The notes beneath the pieces were generated by a model. The model worked only from the letters and a program-made list of their open reading frames with translations. It searched no databases and was not told the origin of the DNA. Positions 1 through 12,000 of a stretch of DNA of 64,000 bases are shown here, one piece after another. Position numbers and translations under genes: made by a program. Position 1 is the first letter of the stretch. Each line of letters opens with the position of its first letter. This DNA comes from Gonapodya sp. JEL0774 (Eukaryota), in assembly GCA_027604505.1 (NCBI GenBank), contig JADIIX010000080.1, forward strand, positions 1 to 64,000, given 5' to 3'.

Positions 1-1330
1 GGTGGCAGGTTGGCTGCCAACGTAACTTAAGGGACCACTGCAGCGGGTTGGCCCGCAAACAGGGGAATGGGGGGAACAGTGATTTGTGGTATTTGAGTAC
101 GAGGCACTTGGATGCCTGCGAGAGCAGGCAGTGGAATGGTTGTAAGAACTGGGGTTGGCCCAGTGGTTGCACTAGCGTATGTGGTACCAGATGTATTTTG
201 GTTTACATCACTCATCGCTACTGACACGACGGGACCTGCGCTGACATTCATTATGTCTGCGAGAGGGGGGGCAGCTGTGACACCTGTCAGAAGATGGGCT
301 CCAGCGAGGTTGCTTGTTTGGTGGGGGGCAGTAGGAATCGCCGAGTCGGGGGCCACACTGGTTTGCGGTATCTGCTGTGTCCCAGTTGCTTGTTTGTCCT
401 GCTTTCTGCTGTTCATTGTTGCAGTTGAGGTTTGAGGAGGGGGTTGGTGCACTCGGAGTTGGTCCAGTTGCCGACTGCTGGACAACTGGGGCGTAGGCGT
501 CAATTGCAGACTCTGGCACAAGCGTTGTGATGTCGCTGTTGATGGGGATACCAGCGTTCAGCGCAGTTATAGACGCACAGAGGAGGAAAGTTGTACGGTT
601 GAACCAAGGTTGGCTCCGGTTCAGACAACAGGAATGTCACACGGTCAATTGGTTGACTGGCAACGTACCTCTGTGCAAGGCCAACGCTTACTGAGGTGGT
701 GGAATCAAGAAATGAGTTGAAGTGGGTACGCACCGTTGGTGGTACTCCCACTCGTTTGCTCGGGGTTGCAGAGATGTCAGGAACTTGTGGTCGACTCCAA
801 AGTGGGCGTGGATGCCAACTGGGAGGTGATAATGACGGCCTGTTGGGTTGTTCAGCTGGATGTCACCAAGGAGATGGTGCCAGAGGTTATCGTAGAAGAC
901 CTCCTCCGGTACGATGAGATCAACGCCGGCGGGGAGGAGGCTGCGCGGTACGACTTGGACGAGGATGGGGTCTTGTACAGAGTTTTGGCCTTTGTGCTCG
1001 AATGGTTTGTGAAGGTTGACTGGAGTGTGCAGCAGGACATTGTCTGTTGACCCGCTGAATTGGCGAGTGTGCAAGTGAAGGGGCGCGTCGCTGAGATCAC
1101 GGCACTGGGCGGTGAGGATGACGGAAATGCCAAGGGGGACTTACGCGTAAGCGATGACGGCGGCTGTATCCTGATGGTGCACGAGAATTCTTTGGTAGGA
1201 GTCAAGCGCGATGATCCACAATTTCGGGTAGGTGTCTGAAGTCGCAGCCCAGAGTGGGAGGACGGTATTCGGGTTGACATGCACACCAAAGAGAGAAGTG
1301 AGGTGCACAATGCAAGGTTGACTGTAATGC
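1..1330 (-). pseudogene. Decayed internal ORF(s) of an LTR retroelement (Pro/Thr/Gln-rich, gag-like N-terminus); continues off the left edge
   Basis: Lies downstream of LTR+PBS. A coding-like frame is broken by in-frame stops at ~1141, ~688 and ~637; the following low-complexity frame has a stop at 27-29. No RT or integrase is visible in the window. Confidence 0.55.
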
Positions 1331-1574
1331 GTAGTGTGATCTCACAGTCGCATATACCCGCGATGAGATAAGAGTTGGAGACTGGGGTTGGCCCAGTATA
1401 TCAGTGGTAGCTGGATTGGTTTCCAGTACACTCTTCTGTTGCCAGGTGACTGATGATACTACAGCCGGATGTGGGTGGAGCGCTTGGTTTTGGGTTTTGC
1501 AAGCGGCAGAGAAAACTTGAGGGACTGGGACAGGACGGCACCAGGAGGACACAAACGCACGAAGGACGGATTGA

Positions 1575-1593
1575 CCCAGTAGGCGGGGCACCA
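1575..1593 (-). promoter_or_regulatory. Primer-binding site (PBS) of the retroelement
   Basis: Minus strand TGGTGCCCCGCCTACTGGG begins 2 nt after the LTR 3' end (...CAACA-TT-TGG). TGG is complementary to the tRNA CCA end. Confidence 0.7.
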
Positions 1594-1595
1594 AA

Positions 1596-1887
1596 TGTTG
1601 CGGTTTGCAGCGGAACTGTTGGGTTTCTGTCCTGAAACTCAATCGGTATGTCTGAACTCTTTGTACAATGTGTTCACTAAGCAGCTGCAGCTGAGCTACC
1701 CACACAACTAAGATCACTAGGAAAATCTCAAAACTACTCTATATGCATCTATATACTATTAGATATCACATCTATCCTAGGAATGAGTGCTGCAACCAGG
1801 GGTGACGTGTGGGGGTGAATGGGGACGACTGCTGTGGGGTCACGTGACTCCGGCTAAACTCCCGCTTTTAGCCGTCTTCTCACAACA
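1596..1887 (-). mobile_element. 5' long terminal repeat (~292 bp)
   Basis: Minus strand begins TGTTGTG and ends CGCAACA (TG..CA termini, near-perfect 7-bp inverted repeat). Internal AT-rich TATA-like tract; followed immediately by the PBS. Confidence 0.7.
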
Positions 1888-1889
1888 GA

Positions 1890-3264
1890 AACTTTGTCAT
1901 ACAGTATGTATATGGCTACATACATCACCCAAGTGGTCACCTCTGGTGCCCAGTGCACCACAGTGCTACACAATATATCAGTGGCGTATGGTGGTTGTGC
2001 ACAAGCCAAGCTTTGCCACATATCCCTTGCTATCTCCATCCTGCTATTAAGAACCCATTATGGATGTTCAGAAGATCAGCTACTCTTCAGCATGTGGTAA
2101 GGATGAATGTCATTTGTTGAGCTCAGCAATCGAACAGTTCAATCATCAATCTGAACTCTTTGTTTAGCAGTAGAAGCAAAAGACTCAAAGCCCCTGGAGC
2201 CACCCCAAATCATTCAGTGCCAGCATTATCTCAACAGCGGTCTCCTCTCACCGATATCCCAATCGGCAAAGGATGGTGTCCACCCCATCTCACGCCAAAC
2301 TGAAATGCCACTGTGCCCAGCTCCCACTGTATTCACACTGTCTGAACAAGCCAAAGATATTTCAGTGGAGAAAGATGAAAGTTTATCACTGGGTTCAGAT
2401 GTGGTGTCCTTGGCGAACATGGTGACAGTTTACCAGCAGAACATTCTTCTGCAAACTGAGCGGGACCACCTGAAATCATTGGTTCAAAAACTTCAGTCTG
2501 CCAACAAATCCTCACTCAGTCAGGCTCAACACCAAATTCAGAGGCTCCAAGCACAAAATCTGTTGCTGCGGGAGAAGCTGACACGACACAGACACACCCC
2601 TCGAACATCTGTTCCTGGCAATCTTCACACATTAAGTCAACATAGTCATATAACAGCAGCTGGGAGAACCAGAAGTACAGCAAATGCCAGAAGATGACGT
2701 TGAGCACTTGAGCTTGGAAAAGGAAGAACTTACAGGATGCAAGTAGATGCAAATGGATATCCCTGAAAGAGAGCTGCATTCTTGGGCTGCTCTGTCAGTA
2801 GTTTTGCCTGCAACTTGGTCAATGGCCAACAAAGGAACTGAGTGAGGACAAAACAACTCCATTGAACTTTTGAGCAAACCCCCAAACTCAGTGGAACCTT
2901 GATTGTCCAAATCAAACACAAAAGTTGAGAGCAATGATAAGGAGGACAATTCAAAATCATTGAAATCAGGACACTTGGATAAGGTGCTATAAGCATAGTA
3001 CATTTCCATCCGTCACAAATCACGAACTTGATAAGATTTAGATATATCTCTTTAGGCTGCAATTATAGTGATTGTATTTACATGACCATGCATGTTGTAT
3101 GTGGTATCACACGTGCTGACGTGCATATGCACTTCAGCATTCCCACTTCCAGTCCCCAATTTCTCACCTTCTCTCCCTTTCATTGGGTGACCGTGGGCCG
3201 TGAGTCTGGGTCCTCTAATCCGTGCACCCTCAACAGACGTCACTAGGTGTACATCGTCACAACA
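1890..3264. mobile_element. CpG-poor degenerate repeat/gene remnant, with a coiled-coil ORF fragment (2305-2697 +) and a possible second LTR fragment ending CACAACA at 3264
   Basis: Few CpG and many TG/CA dinucleotides by eye; broken ORFs; the same TCACAACA terminus as the LTR at 1887. Confidence 0.3.
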
Positions 3265-3650
3265 AGAGTCGGGGGGGGGGGGGGGGGGGGGGACCCGGGT
3301 TTTGGGGGGAACGGGGTGCAGCGGCATGGGTGGGCGTGGGGTNNNNNNNNNNCCCCGCGCCGCCCCCCCCGCCCCGCCCCCCCCCCCGGCCCCGCGCGCC
3401 CGCGCCCCCCGCAACCTGGTGATGTGGGGCTCGAGGTGCATCTGCATGGCTGGCGATGCTGGTACCTCCCAAACTCATGTGCTCCTCCCAATACTGCAAC
3501 GCACAGCTTGTGTCGGATAGTGTTGTGTCTGTGGAGTTGGCCGGCCCAGTTGTCTCAAGGCCCTCCCCTCGGTCCACCCCGTTCCCGTTCCATTCCGGGT
3601 GTCACATCCGCCCCGCCCAAATCCCTCTCCACTTGCCCTCCATCCTCCCC

Positions 3651-6148
3651 CTAGTACGCCCTACTTTCCATCTCGATCACTTCACCCTGCACCCTCTTCA
3701 CCTCTGCCAACATGGCCGCCAACTGGGCCTGTGTGCGGGAAAACTCCTCGCGCACACGCTGCATAGTCTGGTGAAGGCGGGTCAGTTCGCGGTGTTCGGC
3801 GTCGGGGCCTGGTGGGCGGGAGGAGGATCGAGGTGCGAGGGGATGGGGAAGGAGAGGGTGAGCAGGGTTGGCGTATCGTGCCGGACGGCGCGTCATCGCG
3901 CCACACTGGTCGTGTCCCGGTGTCCACACGGCGAGCGTCTTCCCACGGTAGCGCTCCGTATTGCAATCCGGTGTGTCACGGTGGTCCAGTCCACCACACT
4001 CGGACCACATACCACACACCCCCAATCGACGGCCTTGTGTCCTGTAATCCCAACCGGCCCGCAACTTGTCTCCTGGTGTTTTTTTCCGCCACCCCCCAAT
4101 AACTAACCACGCCTTCCCCTCCGCCCCCTCCGCACTTCCCCCCCCCCCCCCCCCCCCCTCCTTCTCGTCGGGCCGCCCTCCTCTCCCCTCCCTCAGCCCC
4201 AAACTCACCCAGCTCGGCTGGCCTATTCACCGGCGGCGGGGGTACAGACTCGAGTGCGCGTAACATGCCCTCGGTGGGTTCGTTGAAGATCTGGTTGTGC
4301 CAAGCCGTGGAAACAACAACGGGGAAGAGCAGGGGGGAGATGAGGGGTGTGTGGGTGTGTGGGAGGGGGGAAGGGGGAGGCAGGGGGGCAGGGCAGGTGG
4401 TGGAGAGAGGGAGTACATTAGTCACTAAGGGTCTCGACGGCTGAGTGGTGCTTCGCGCCTCGAACAAAGACCTCGGTCCTCGTTTATGGGCCCCAAGATA
4501 CAACACTATGCGGTCTGACTCGAAAGGATGCCACGCCCGGTTGGGGGTGTAGTGCAATCAGGGCATTTCACCCGAACCCCAACCCCACCGGGTCTTCCGT
4601 TCCAGTACGCAACGTACGACGGTACGGGGACGCGGAGTCGTAACCGGAGCAATGAAGGGATGGCGGGGCAAACCGCCTGCCTAGTTTGCCCGTGCGAGTT
4701 ACGCGCGGACACACCACTCCCATCAGCACCACACACGGAGCCCGCAGGAAGGATACCCGCCCCTCACCACCTCGACAACCAACCCACAATCTCATCGTAC
4801 TTCTCCGCCTTCACGGCCTGCCTCCCGACCAAACCCGTGTCCTCCTTGGCGTACAGCTGTAGATTGTGGTACAGCGTCACGGGCCGTTCGGCCGGGTCGG
4901 CGAAGTGGATCTTGATAGAGATTTCAAACTCGCCCCACCCGGATTCGCGGACTTCGAAGGGGTCGGTGTCGACGGCTGGGGGAGGGGGCGACGGGTGAGG
5001 AAAAGTTTAGGTGGTGGAGATAAGGTGGCAGGGACGGCGTTCCGTGCCCTACATCGCTGTTTCACTCTGCTCCCATGCCGTTACAGCGAACGTGCGCCCT
5101 AAACCTTCATTCCGTCCCCGCATTCCCCATAGCGCACTGCGCACACCCTTCGTTCCCACCAATACCGGAACAAGTACCACTCTGAGACCACGCGGGTTCA
5201 GAGTTCATGAGGACACACGCGTCCTGACCAAAGAGTCGAGGGAGTTCGACGCTCCGTTCCGTTGAGGTGGAGGGGATGAGCGATGTGCAGCAGGAAGGGG
5301 TTCCCGTACACAGGACTGGCTGGTCACCCGCGACGTCCGTGGTGGCCGTGCTTCGAAGAGCACTTATCGCACGTCTCAATGTGTCGATACGTCAACACGC
5401 TGAGCTCTCCATGTGTCGACGGTCCACAAACGTCCCGCCCTCCAACAGGCTACGCGCTCTCCAGCTCTATAGCTCCGTGCATGCACGTGGTCCCACCATA
5501 TGGGAAACTTGATTCACTCTTCCCGTCAACCAAGTCACCCAACTCCGTATTCCCCATCTCGCAATGAACAGTCCCATCATGCCCCCCAGAGCATGGTCTT
5601 CTATGTCATTGCGTCCACAAGTCCGCATGGTATGCAATCCTTATGGCTTGCGGCCATTGAAAGGATATCTCGCATACAGCTCGAATGCGGCTCGCTTAAC
5701 CGCTCGCTGCTCGCCTGTTCCATCCTCCCACTGGAAGCTAAGCCCCACACTCACTTCTGGTAGGGACTTCGAAACTCTCATGGAGCTTAAATACGACTTT
5801 TTTGACGTAGTTTCCGATGCTCTCCCCGTCAGCGCCTCTCACGAATACGATCCATTCGTGGGTGTGACCCTGAGCGTTCTTTGTAGGGAACGGTTGAGCG
5901 TATGAGCCGTATATGATTGATTTGGTGACGACTTTGTTCTGAGAGCGGAAGGGCCGGGAGGATTGGTGGAATCAGGGAATCGGTCAGGGAATATTCAGGT
6001 TGGTCGGGATGGGAAAGGTGAAGACATCATCAAGACAACACCCGAGACAAGGCACGGAACAAAGAGGCATAAAAAGAAGAGAAAATCAGAAAGAGGAAAA
6101 CTTGGATTCACCGACCTTGACTCGCGGTGTCGTCTGCTTCACATTCAT
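3651..6148 (-). CDS. YAF9: YEATS-domain protein Yaf9/GAS41 (NuA4/SWR1 subunit), 5 exons
   Basis: Spliced: MNVKQTTPRVK|NKVVTKSIIYGSYAQ..GHTHEWIVFVRG..VKKVVFKLHESF..|PFEVRESGWGEFEISIKIHFADP..LYHNLQLY..EKYDEI|IFNEPTEGM..|C-terminal coiled coil ..EMESRAY*. Confidence 0.93.
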
Positions 6149-6462
6149 TCTTATTAGTGTGTGGGTTGCCGGTGTTACTATTTGAACGTTCACACTCTGG
6201 CCGCACCCGGCATTTCAGTGAGGCAGCACACTCTTCGCCCACATCTGCAGGATCTTTGAACCTTCCACCGGTGACCCTTGCGAAGAGATCCACAACAAAC
6301 ACACCTTCAAGGACAAAAGCTTAAGTGCGGTGGCCATTCGCAGCATCACATCATCAGGGGAGGAGTGGAGTCTCTCAGGCAACGTTCGCCGAATTCAAAC
6401 ACCGCTTTTGCTCATCATCAAACAACTTCTTTACTCACCAAGCACTGCATAAGAGTACAAAC

Positions 6463-6874
6463 ATGGACCCCTCTGCCGATCACACCGCCCACAATGTGAT
6501 CGACGAAAGCGCTCTCCCAACCGGCACCCGTACCCCTCCCGCTCCTTCCACTCCTTCCACCCCAGAGCCGCACCCGGCCACACCCACTTGGTTCAATAGA
6601 GCGATCCACTATCTCACGATTATCCGTCAAAGAAAGAAGAGACCCCGCGTGAGATTCTCGCATACGGTGAGTGAGCGATAATGCGCCACTGTGCCGTTGG
6701 CATGTCAAGACTCAAGAAGATGCTTCGTTGCCGTTCAAATGGAATGGATCACCCCCGTCCTGCAACCTGTTCTAGGAACCCATTATCATCCATTACACTG
6801 TTGAGAGTCTTGAAGCTCATTCGGCAGCAGGGTCAGAAACTACATCAAACCCACCAACGGTAAGTTGTCCATGA
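6463..6874 (+). CDS. Small (~100 aa) two-exon protein with an RVxF PP1-docking-like motif
   Basis: ATG at 6463; GT-AG intron 6667-6775 keeps the frame: ..RQRKKRPRVRFSHT|EPIIIHYTVESLEAH.. Confidence 0.45.
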
Positions 6875-7673
6875 AACCCGCAAAAAACAAAACAAAACAA
6901 AAATAGAACATATATACCTTCTTTAAAATGCGATCATTCCTTCTTCCGTTGTTGTTTTCCTTCTACACCCCTCTGGTGACCTCCCAATCCATCCCAAGAC
7001 TCCCCACCTCCTCCCCCCCCTCCCCGGGACCGCACCCCCCCACCCCATCACCATCTCGTCCAGCCTGGGCCAACGATCTTCTCCATCGCGGCGCACTCGG
7101 ACTAGATCCCTTCCCCGGAGCTGGCGTGAACGGTCAGAGTCGAATTCGAGGGCGGGTTGGGAGTCGGGGGAAGGGGGGTTCGAGGACGACCCGCCTCCGC
7201 CTCCGCTGCCCTCCCCGCTAGATTCTCTGACCTTGCGTGACGAGTTAATGAAATGTGGAATCAGAGATGTGGGCTACTTGTAGGCTTGGGTGTGTGTTTG
7301 CTCACTCGGCACACAACGAGACAAGGGATGGTTCCTGAAGAAGATCTGGACGCACACACAGATCGGAGCTTGCAAAATCGATTTACTTTCTTTAACCATA
7401 TTATGCAACCTGCATTTCGTATCGATACACGGTGGCGGCTTGAACGGTGTGACGACCTCTGTGCCAACACTCCCATTGAGGGAGATGAATGAGAGACATT
7501 TTGTTGTAATAAAAGAGGCTTCCAAAACAATGCTCTTGCTGACTTCTCCTGCAGTGTTCCCGAGATTTTGACATGGACTCTGCAAATCGTTTCTGTGCTA
7601 GTTTCTTCAGACACTTCATTCCTAAATGTTGACGTCATTCGTTCGCTTCCAAAACCAACACCCTTCCCCCACC

Positions 7674-8488
7674 ATGGACGCTCATCTCATCGAAGCCGTC
7701 GAATCAGAAAACACGCAAGAAGTCCGCCGCCTCCTCCACCTCGGTGCCAACCCTTGTGCGCGCAAAACAGTCTCCTTGCAGCGGCGAGTCCGCACCCCCG
7801 AGCAACAGATCATCCACACACGCACCTTCCTGAGCGAGAGCGCTCTCATGCTCGCCATCGTCAATGATTTTGCCGACGTGGTGGCCCTGTTGCTGGACCA
7901 CGGGGCGGATCCCAACGCGGAACAGAGCTGGATTGTCGGGGGGTTCTGCAACGACCAGACCCTCAAAACCACGCTGGGGTGGTCCAGGTACACATTTTCT
8001 TCTGCACTTGCCCTCGCAGTCGGCTGCTGGCATCAGTGCACTGAGTCGTGGCCGGACGGGAGGACCACGACCTACCGAGCGCTGTTCGGACAGCGTGTGC
8101 CGATCAACACGCCGGGATCGCACGTCGTGTCGATCCAATCGCAGGCAATTGAGACTGATCAGGTGTGGACTAAGTTCGAGCCGTCTGTGCATGTTGTGTG
8201 GCGCTGGTGGCACGCGGGGTGGTGGCCAGTGCGGAGGTGGTGAAGTCGGTCGAGGAAAGGAAGTTGTTTGATGTATGGCAGGCACTTCAAGGTCATACTG
8301 TCAGGCTAAAAGGCTTCACCTTGGAGAGGTCCCCAATGAGCTCCGCTGCTGAATCTCGACCGGATGCTTCGCATGGCGTATCTGTCGCCAAAACCGTGCA
8401 CACAGGCAGCTCCGCCGACAACACAATCAACTGCGACGCAGCAACACTTTCTACAATGCATTCAGCATCTACAGACGAAACTGTGTAA
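7674..8488 (+). CDS. Ankyrin-repeat protein, apparently frameshifted near 8199
   Basis: Ankyrin motifs LIEAVESENTQEVRRLLHLGANP and ESALMLAIVNDFADVVALLLDHGADPN. The ankyrin-like continuation ALVARGVVASAEVV lies in a different frame. Confidence 0.7.
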
Positions 8489-9093
8489 AATTTTTTTAGA
8501 GGTGATCGAATGTATGAACTGCTTTTCTCGTCAATCGTTCTCTGACCTGCACTATCGATACCCCTCCCAAGTTGCTCCACATGCATTAACAGGGACTCAC
8601 AGAGATGAAGTTCGAAGGGTTAATTGTGTAATGGGCTTGTGAGCAGATGTGTATTCGATATGCGGTTAACATTGCTGCACATAAAATAAGGTGGACTGAG
8701 CGATCCAGCAGATACATCTCAAAAAGCACTGAGCGAGAAGGCTGAACAAACACCAGCTCTTCCCTTATCTTTCGTGCTTCTCATCTTGCACTGGCCTGTG
8801 ATGATGAGGGTTCCGACTCTATTTCCGACTCGTCTACCTTTGTGTGCGTTGTTCCCGCCTGGAGGACTCTCGTAGTTATACTTCATCTCTGCCAGTTGTT
8901 AGGCGGAGTATTTGTGCTTTTGTCTTGTCTTGTTCTTCATTTGTTGAGGGAGAACCAAGCGCAGGAACAGAGGTGAAGGCCACAGACCCCAGACGAACGC
9001 AGACTCATTGCAGTAATTTGGTAGCAAACGCACGGACGGGCAACCAACCCCCGGGCGAATAAGGGAATCTGCTCGAGATCTGTTTTACCTTGG

Positions 9094-12000
9094 ATGGCAC
9101 AGATGGAGCGGCTTGAGGATCAGAACGGAAGGACTGAGGGAATGGACGTTGACGTTCATGCCAACGAGCTCGTGGAAAGGGAGGGCGGAGAGTGGACTTG
9201 GAAACGCGATCGAGAGGACGATCTTGAAGGTGTGATAAGAAACGAACTCGGGAAGCGACGCCGGGTTGGAGAAACGGAGGAAGAAGCGTTTGGTGAAATG
9301 GGATCCGTGGACACCCCAACCAATGCGAAGACCCCGCGAGGACAGGAACGCCCGCAGTGTAGCGGTGGAGCAAGCGAAACCATGGTGGAACGGATGGATT
9401 GCACGGATGTCGGTGTGGATCAGCCAGAGTTTCCGGTGGAGATGTTGACCGACATGGACGCTGTGCGCGTTGAACTCGAAGTGGTTGACGAATACCCCCA
9501 TGAGCTCCCGGAACAAGAGCTGATCCACGACATGCAGATTATCGACTTTTGTGCAGGAAACCAGTTCTACATCGGCTCGATACTTCTCTCTTTGACCATT
9601 TCTAGCACCAACCTCGGCACGCGACAACATTCCCTTGGCAGTCGCCCCACCACGTTCAAATTAGCCATCGTCTTTTCCGACCGCAACGGTGCCATTCCCG
9701 CCAGATTCCATCTCGTCCGCAAGGATACACGTCAGGTTGTTGTGTCGGCACCAGTACCCACGACAACCTCACCCGCCCCTGGCCGTCCTCTCCTACCCAC
9801 ACCTGAATCCTACCTCCTCGCTCTGTACGAAGCCCGTCTCTTTATTGCAACCGTTCCGGACCTCGTTGCCACGTTTACGATGCGTGATGTCACGCTCACT
9901 TCGAACGTAAATGAAAACGGATCCGGGGGGGTCAGTCTTGGTACTCACGGTGGTGGAGTTGGCGATGAGCGGACAGCTGACAGGACCTGGATCGACAACT
10001 TCTCCACCTTTCGACTCGACCTTCACATCCCCCTCTTCATCCCTGTCTCCTTACTCCCCACCCTCTCCCCGACCTCCGTCCACGCCACGCGCACCCTCCA
10101 CTCCCCGCTCACCACCCTCCTCAACTTCCTTCACCCCCCGCCTCTCCTATCCCGCGCATCTCTTGCACGAGACCCCACTGCGGCACTCCATGCGGCGTGT
10201 TTACCTCGTGTGACCGAGGACGAAGACTGGGACTGGGATGTCGACATCAACACCCGTGCCTCCCATCCTGACCACGACGAAGGGGAACAAGTTGACACTC
10301 AAATGGAGCCTTTCCCCCCGCAAGACCTCGTGTGTCACTTGATGCCTTACCAACAGCGGGAACTGCGGTGGATGATGGCACGGGAAGGGGTACCTGTACA
10401 CCTGCCTCGTCGAACTGGACGCCTCGCAGACACAGATAGGGCCTCGACCGCCCTAGTGGCGCACTGTGCACCTCGGGTACCCCCATATGTCTCCTTCTCG
10501 GCGTCGCTGCAAACATCGTTCAGCTTCCACCGTCTCACGGGCGCCGTGTACCCGACTAGCTTTCAACCGAGTGATGAGGAATCTGAGAATCAGAATCCCC
10601 TCATCCAAGCACGAAGGTTGAATGGGGGTGTTGTGGCCAGTGAGGTGGGTTTCGGTTGTGTCGAGTGTGCTGGTGGATGTTGGGAGTGTGTGGAACAGTG
10701 GCCGTTGTATGGTTGTGGTGTGGAAAGAATATCGTGAGAGTGCGAATGCTCAGTTACAGACACAAGATGGTAACTGGTGCCGAACAAGCTTTTCATGACA
10801 TGGAGCGGCGTATGGTGCTTGCGTTCTGAAATCGCATGAAGCAGTTCGGTCGTCCCTCCCTCCTAACTCCATGTATTCATTCCCAGATGGGTCTCGGCAA
10901 AACTGTCCAGGTCATTGCACTCGTCTTGGCACACCCGTGGCGTCCACGCGCCAACCCCGCGGATGCCGAAGAATTTTCCAAACTCGCCAGCGCAAGGCGG
11001 AAGGGGAAGGGTATGTGGTTTGTTTTGGAACTGCCGCACGCTTAAGTATCTATGCACTCTCTGTACCATGTCCAATACAGGCAAAGCACATACAAAGAAC
11101 CCGGCCGCGTTCGTTCCACAGTTAGCTGCTCTTCAACCTCCCTTCACACCCGACGACACTCTTCCATTCTGCCCGTCCACACTCGTCGTGTGTCCCCCGA
11201 CACTCGCCGCTCAGTGGCTCAGCGAGATCCACACCCACGCGCCTGGACTGGCAGTGGCAGAGTACCGGGGCGTGGGGGTGGACATGGTGGCGTACCCTGT
11301 TCCCGATGCCGACGAGGATGAGGACAACGCAGAGAAAGTGGAGCCGGTGACGATGCCAGCCACGCCCGAGGTGCTCGCCCGATTTGCGATCGTGATGACG
11401 ACCTACGACGTACTTAAGCGGGACGTGCACTACGCCAGAGCATGGAATGCGCCAAAGAAGGATTTAAGAACCAGGAAAGCCACCAAGATAACACCGAGCC
11501 CGAAGCAGACACAGGCGCCGGACCAGCAGAGGGGTGGCACTCCCTTGGTCGCCGTGCGGTGGTGGCGGGTCGTGCTAGACGAGGCCCAGGAGGTGGAGGG
11601 TGGTGCCAAGATGGGTGCGGAGATGGCAGGGAGAGTACCTTGGGTGAATGGCTGGTGAGGGGCACCTTTTGGAAGGAGAACGTAATGCGGTCCGGCAGAA
11701 TTCAAAACTCTGTGTTGTTGTTTTGCCGTCGGCACGCTTTCAGGGCTGTTTCTGGTACTCCGACTGGGAAATCGGGAACTGCTGATCTCCTCGGCTTGAT
11801 CACTTTTCTCCGTCCACCTGCCTTAACTCACCCGGCCGTCATCCGTCGTCTCTTGCGATCGGATCCCCCGCACCCTGCGCTGCTCGTCCACTTCATGTCG
11901 ACCATCTTACGACGGACCACCAAGCTCAGTGTGAAGGACGAGCTGGTTATCCCCAGGCAGCGGGAACGGGTCGTTAAGGTTTCGATGAGCAAGGTGGAGG

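Noticed and set aside
3247..3654. Gly/Pro-rich ORFs spanning the G/C tracts
   Set aside because: Products of homopolymers flanking a 10-N gap (3343-3352); sequence is unreliable. The same applies near 53457-53466.
3456..4998. Long + strand ORFs (3456-4106, 4528-4998)
   Set aside because: Antisense shadows of YAF9 exons in GC-rich DNA.
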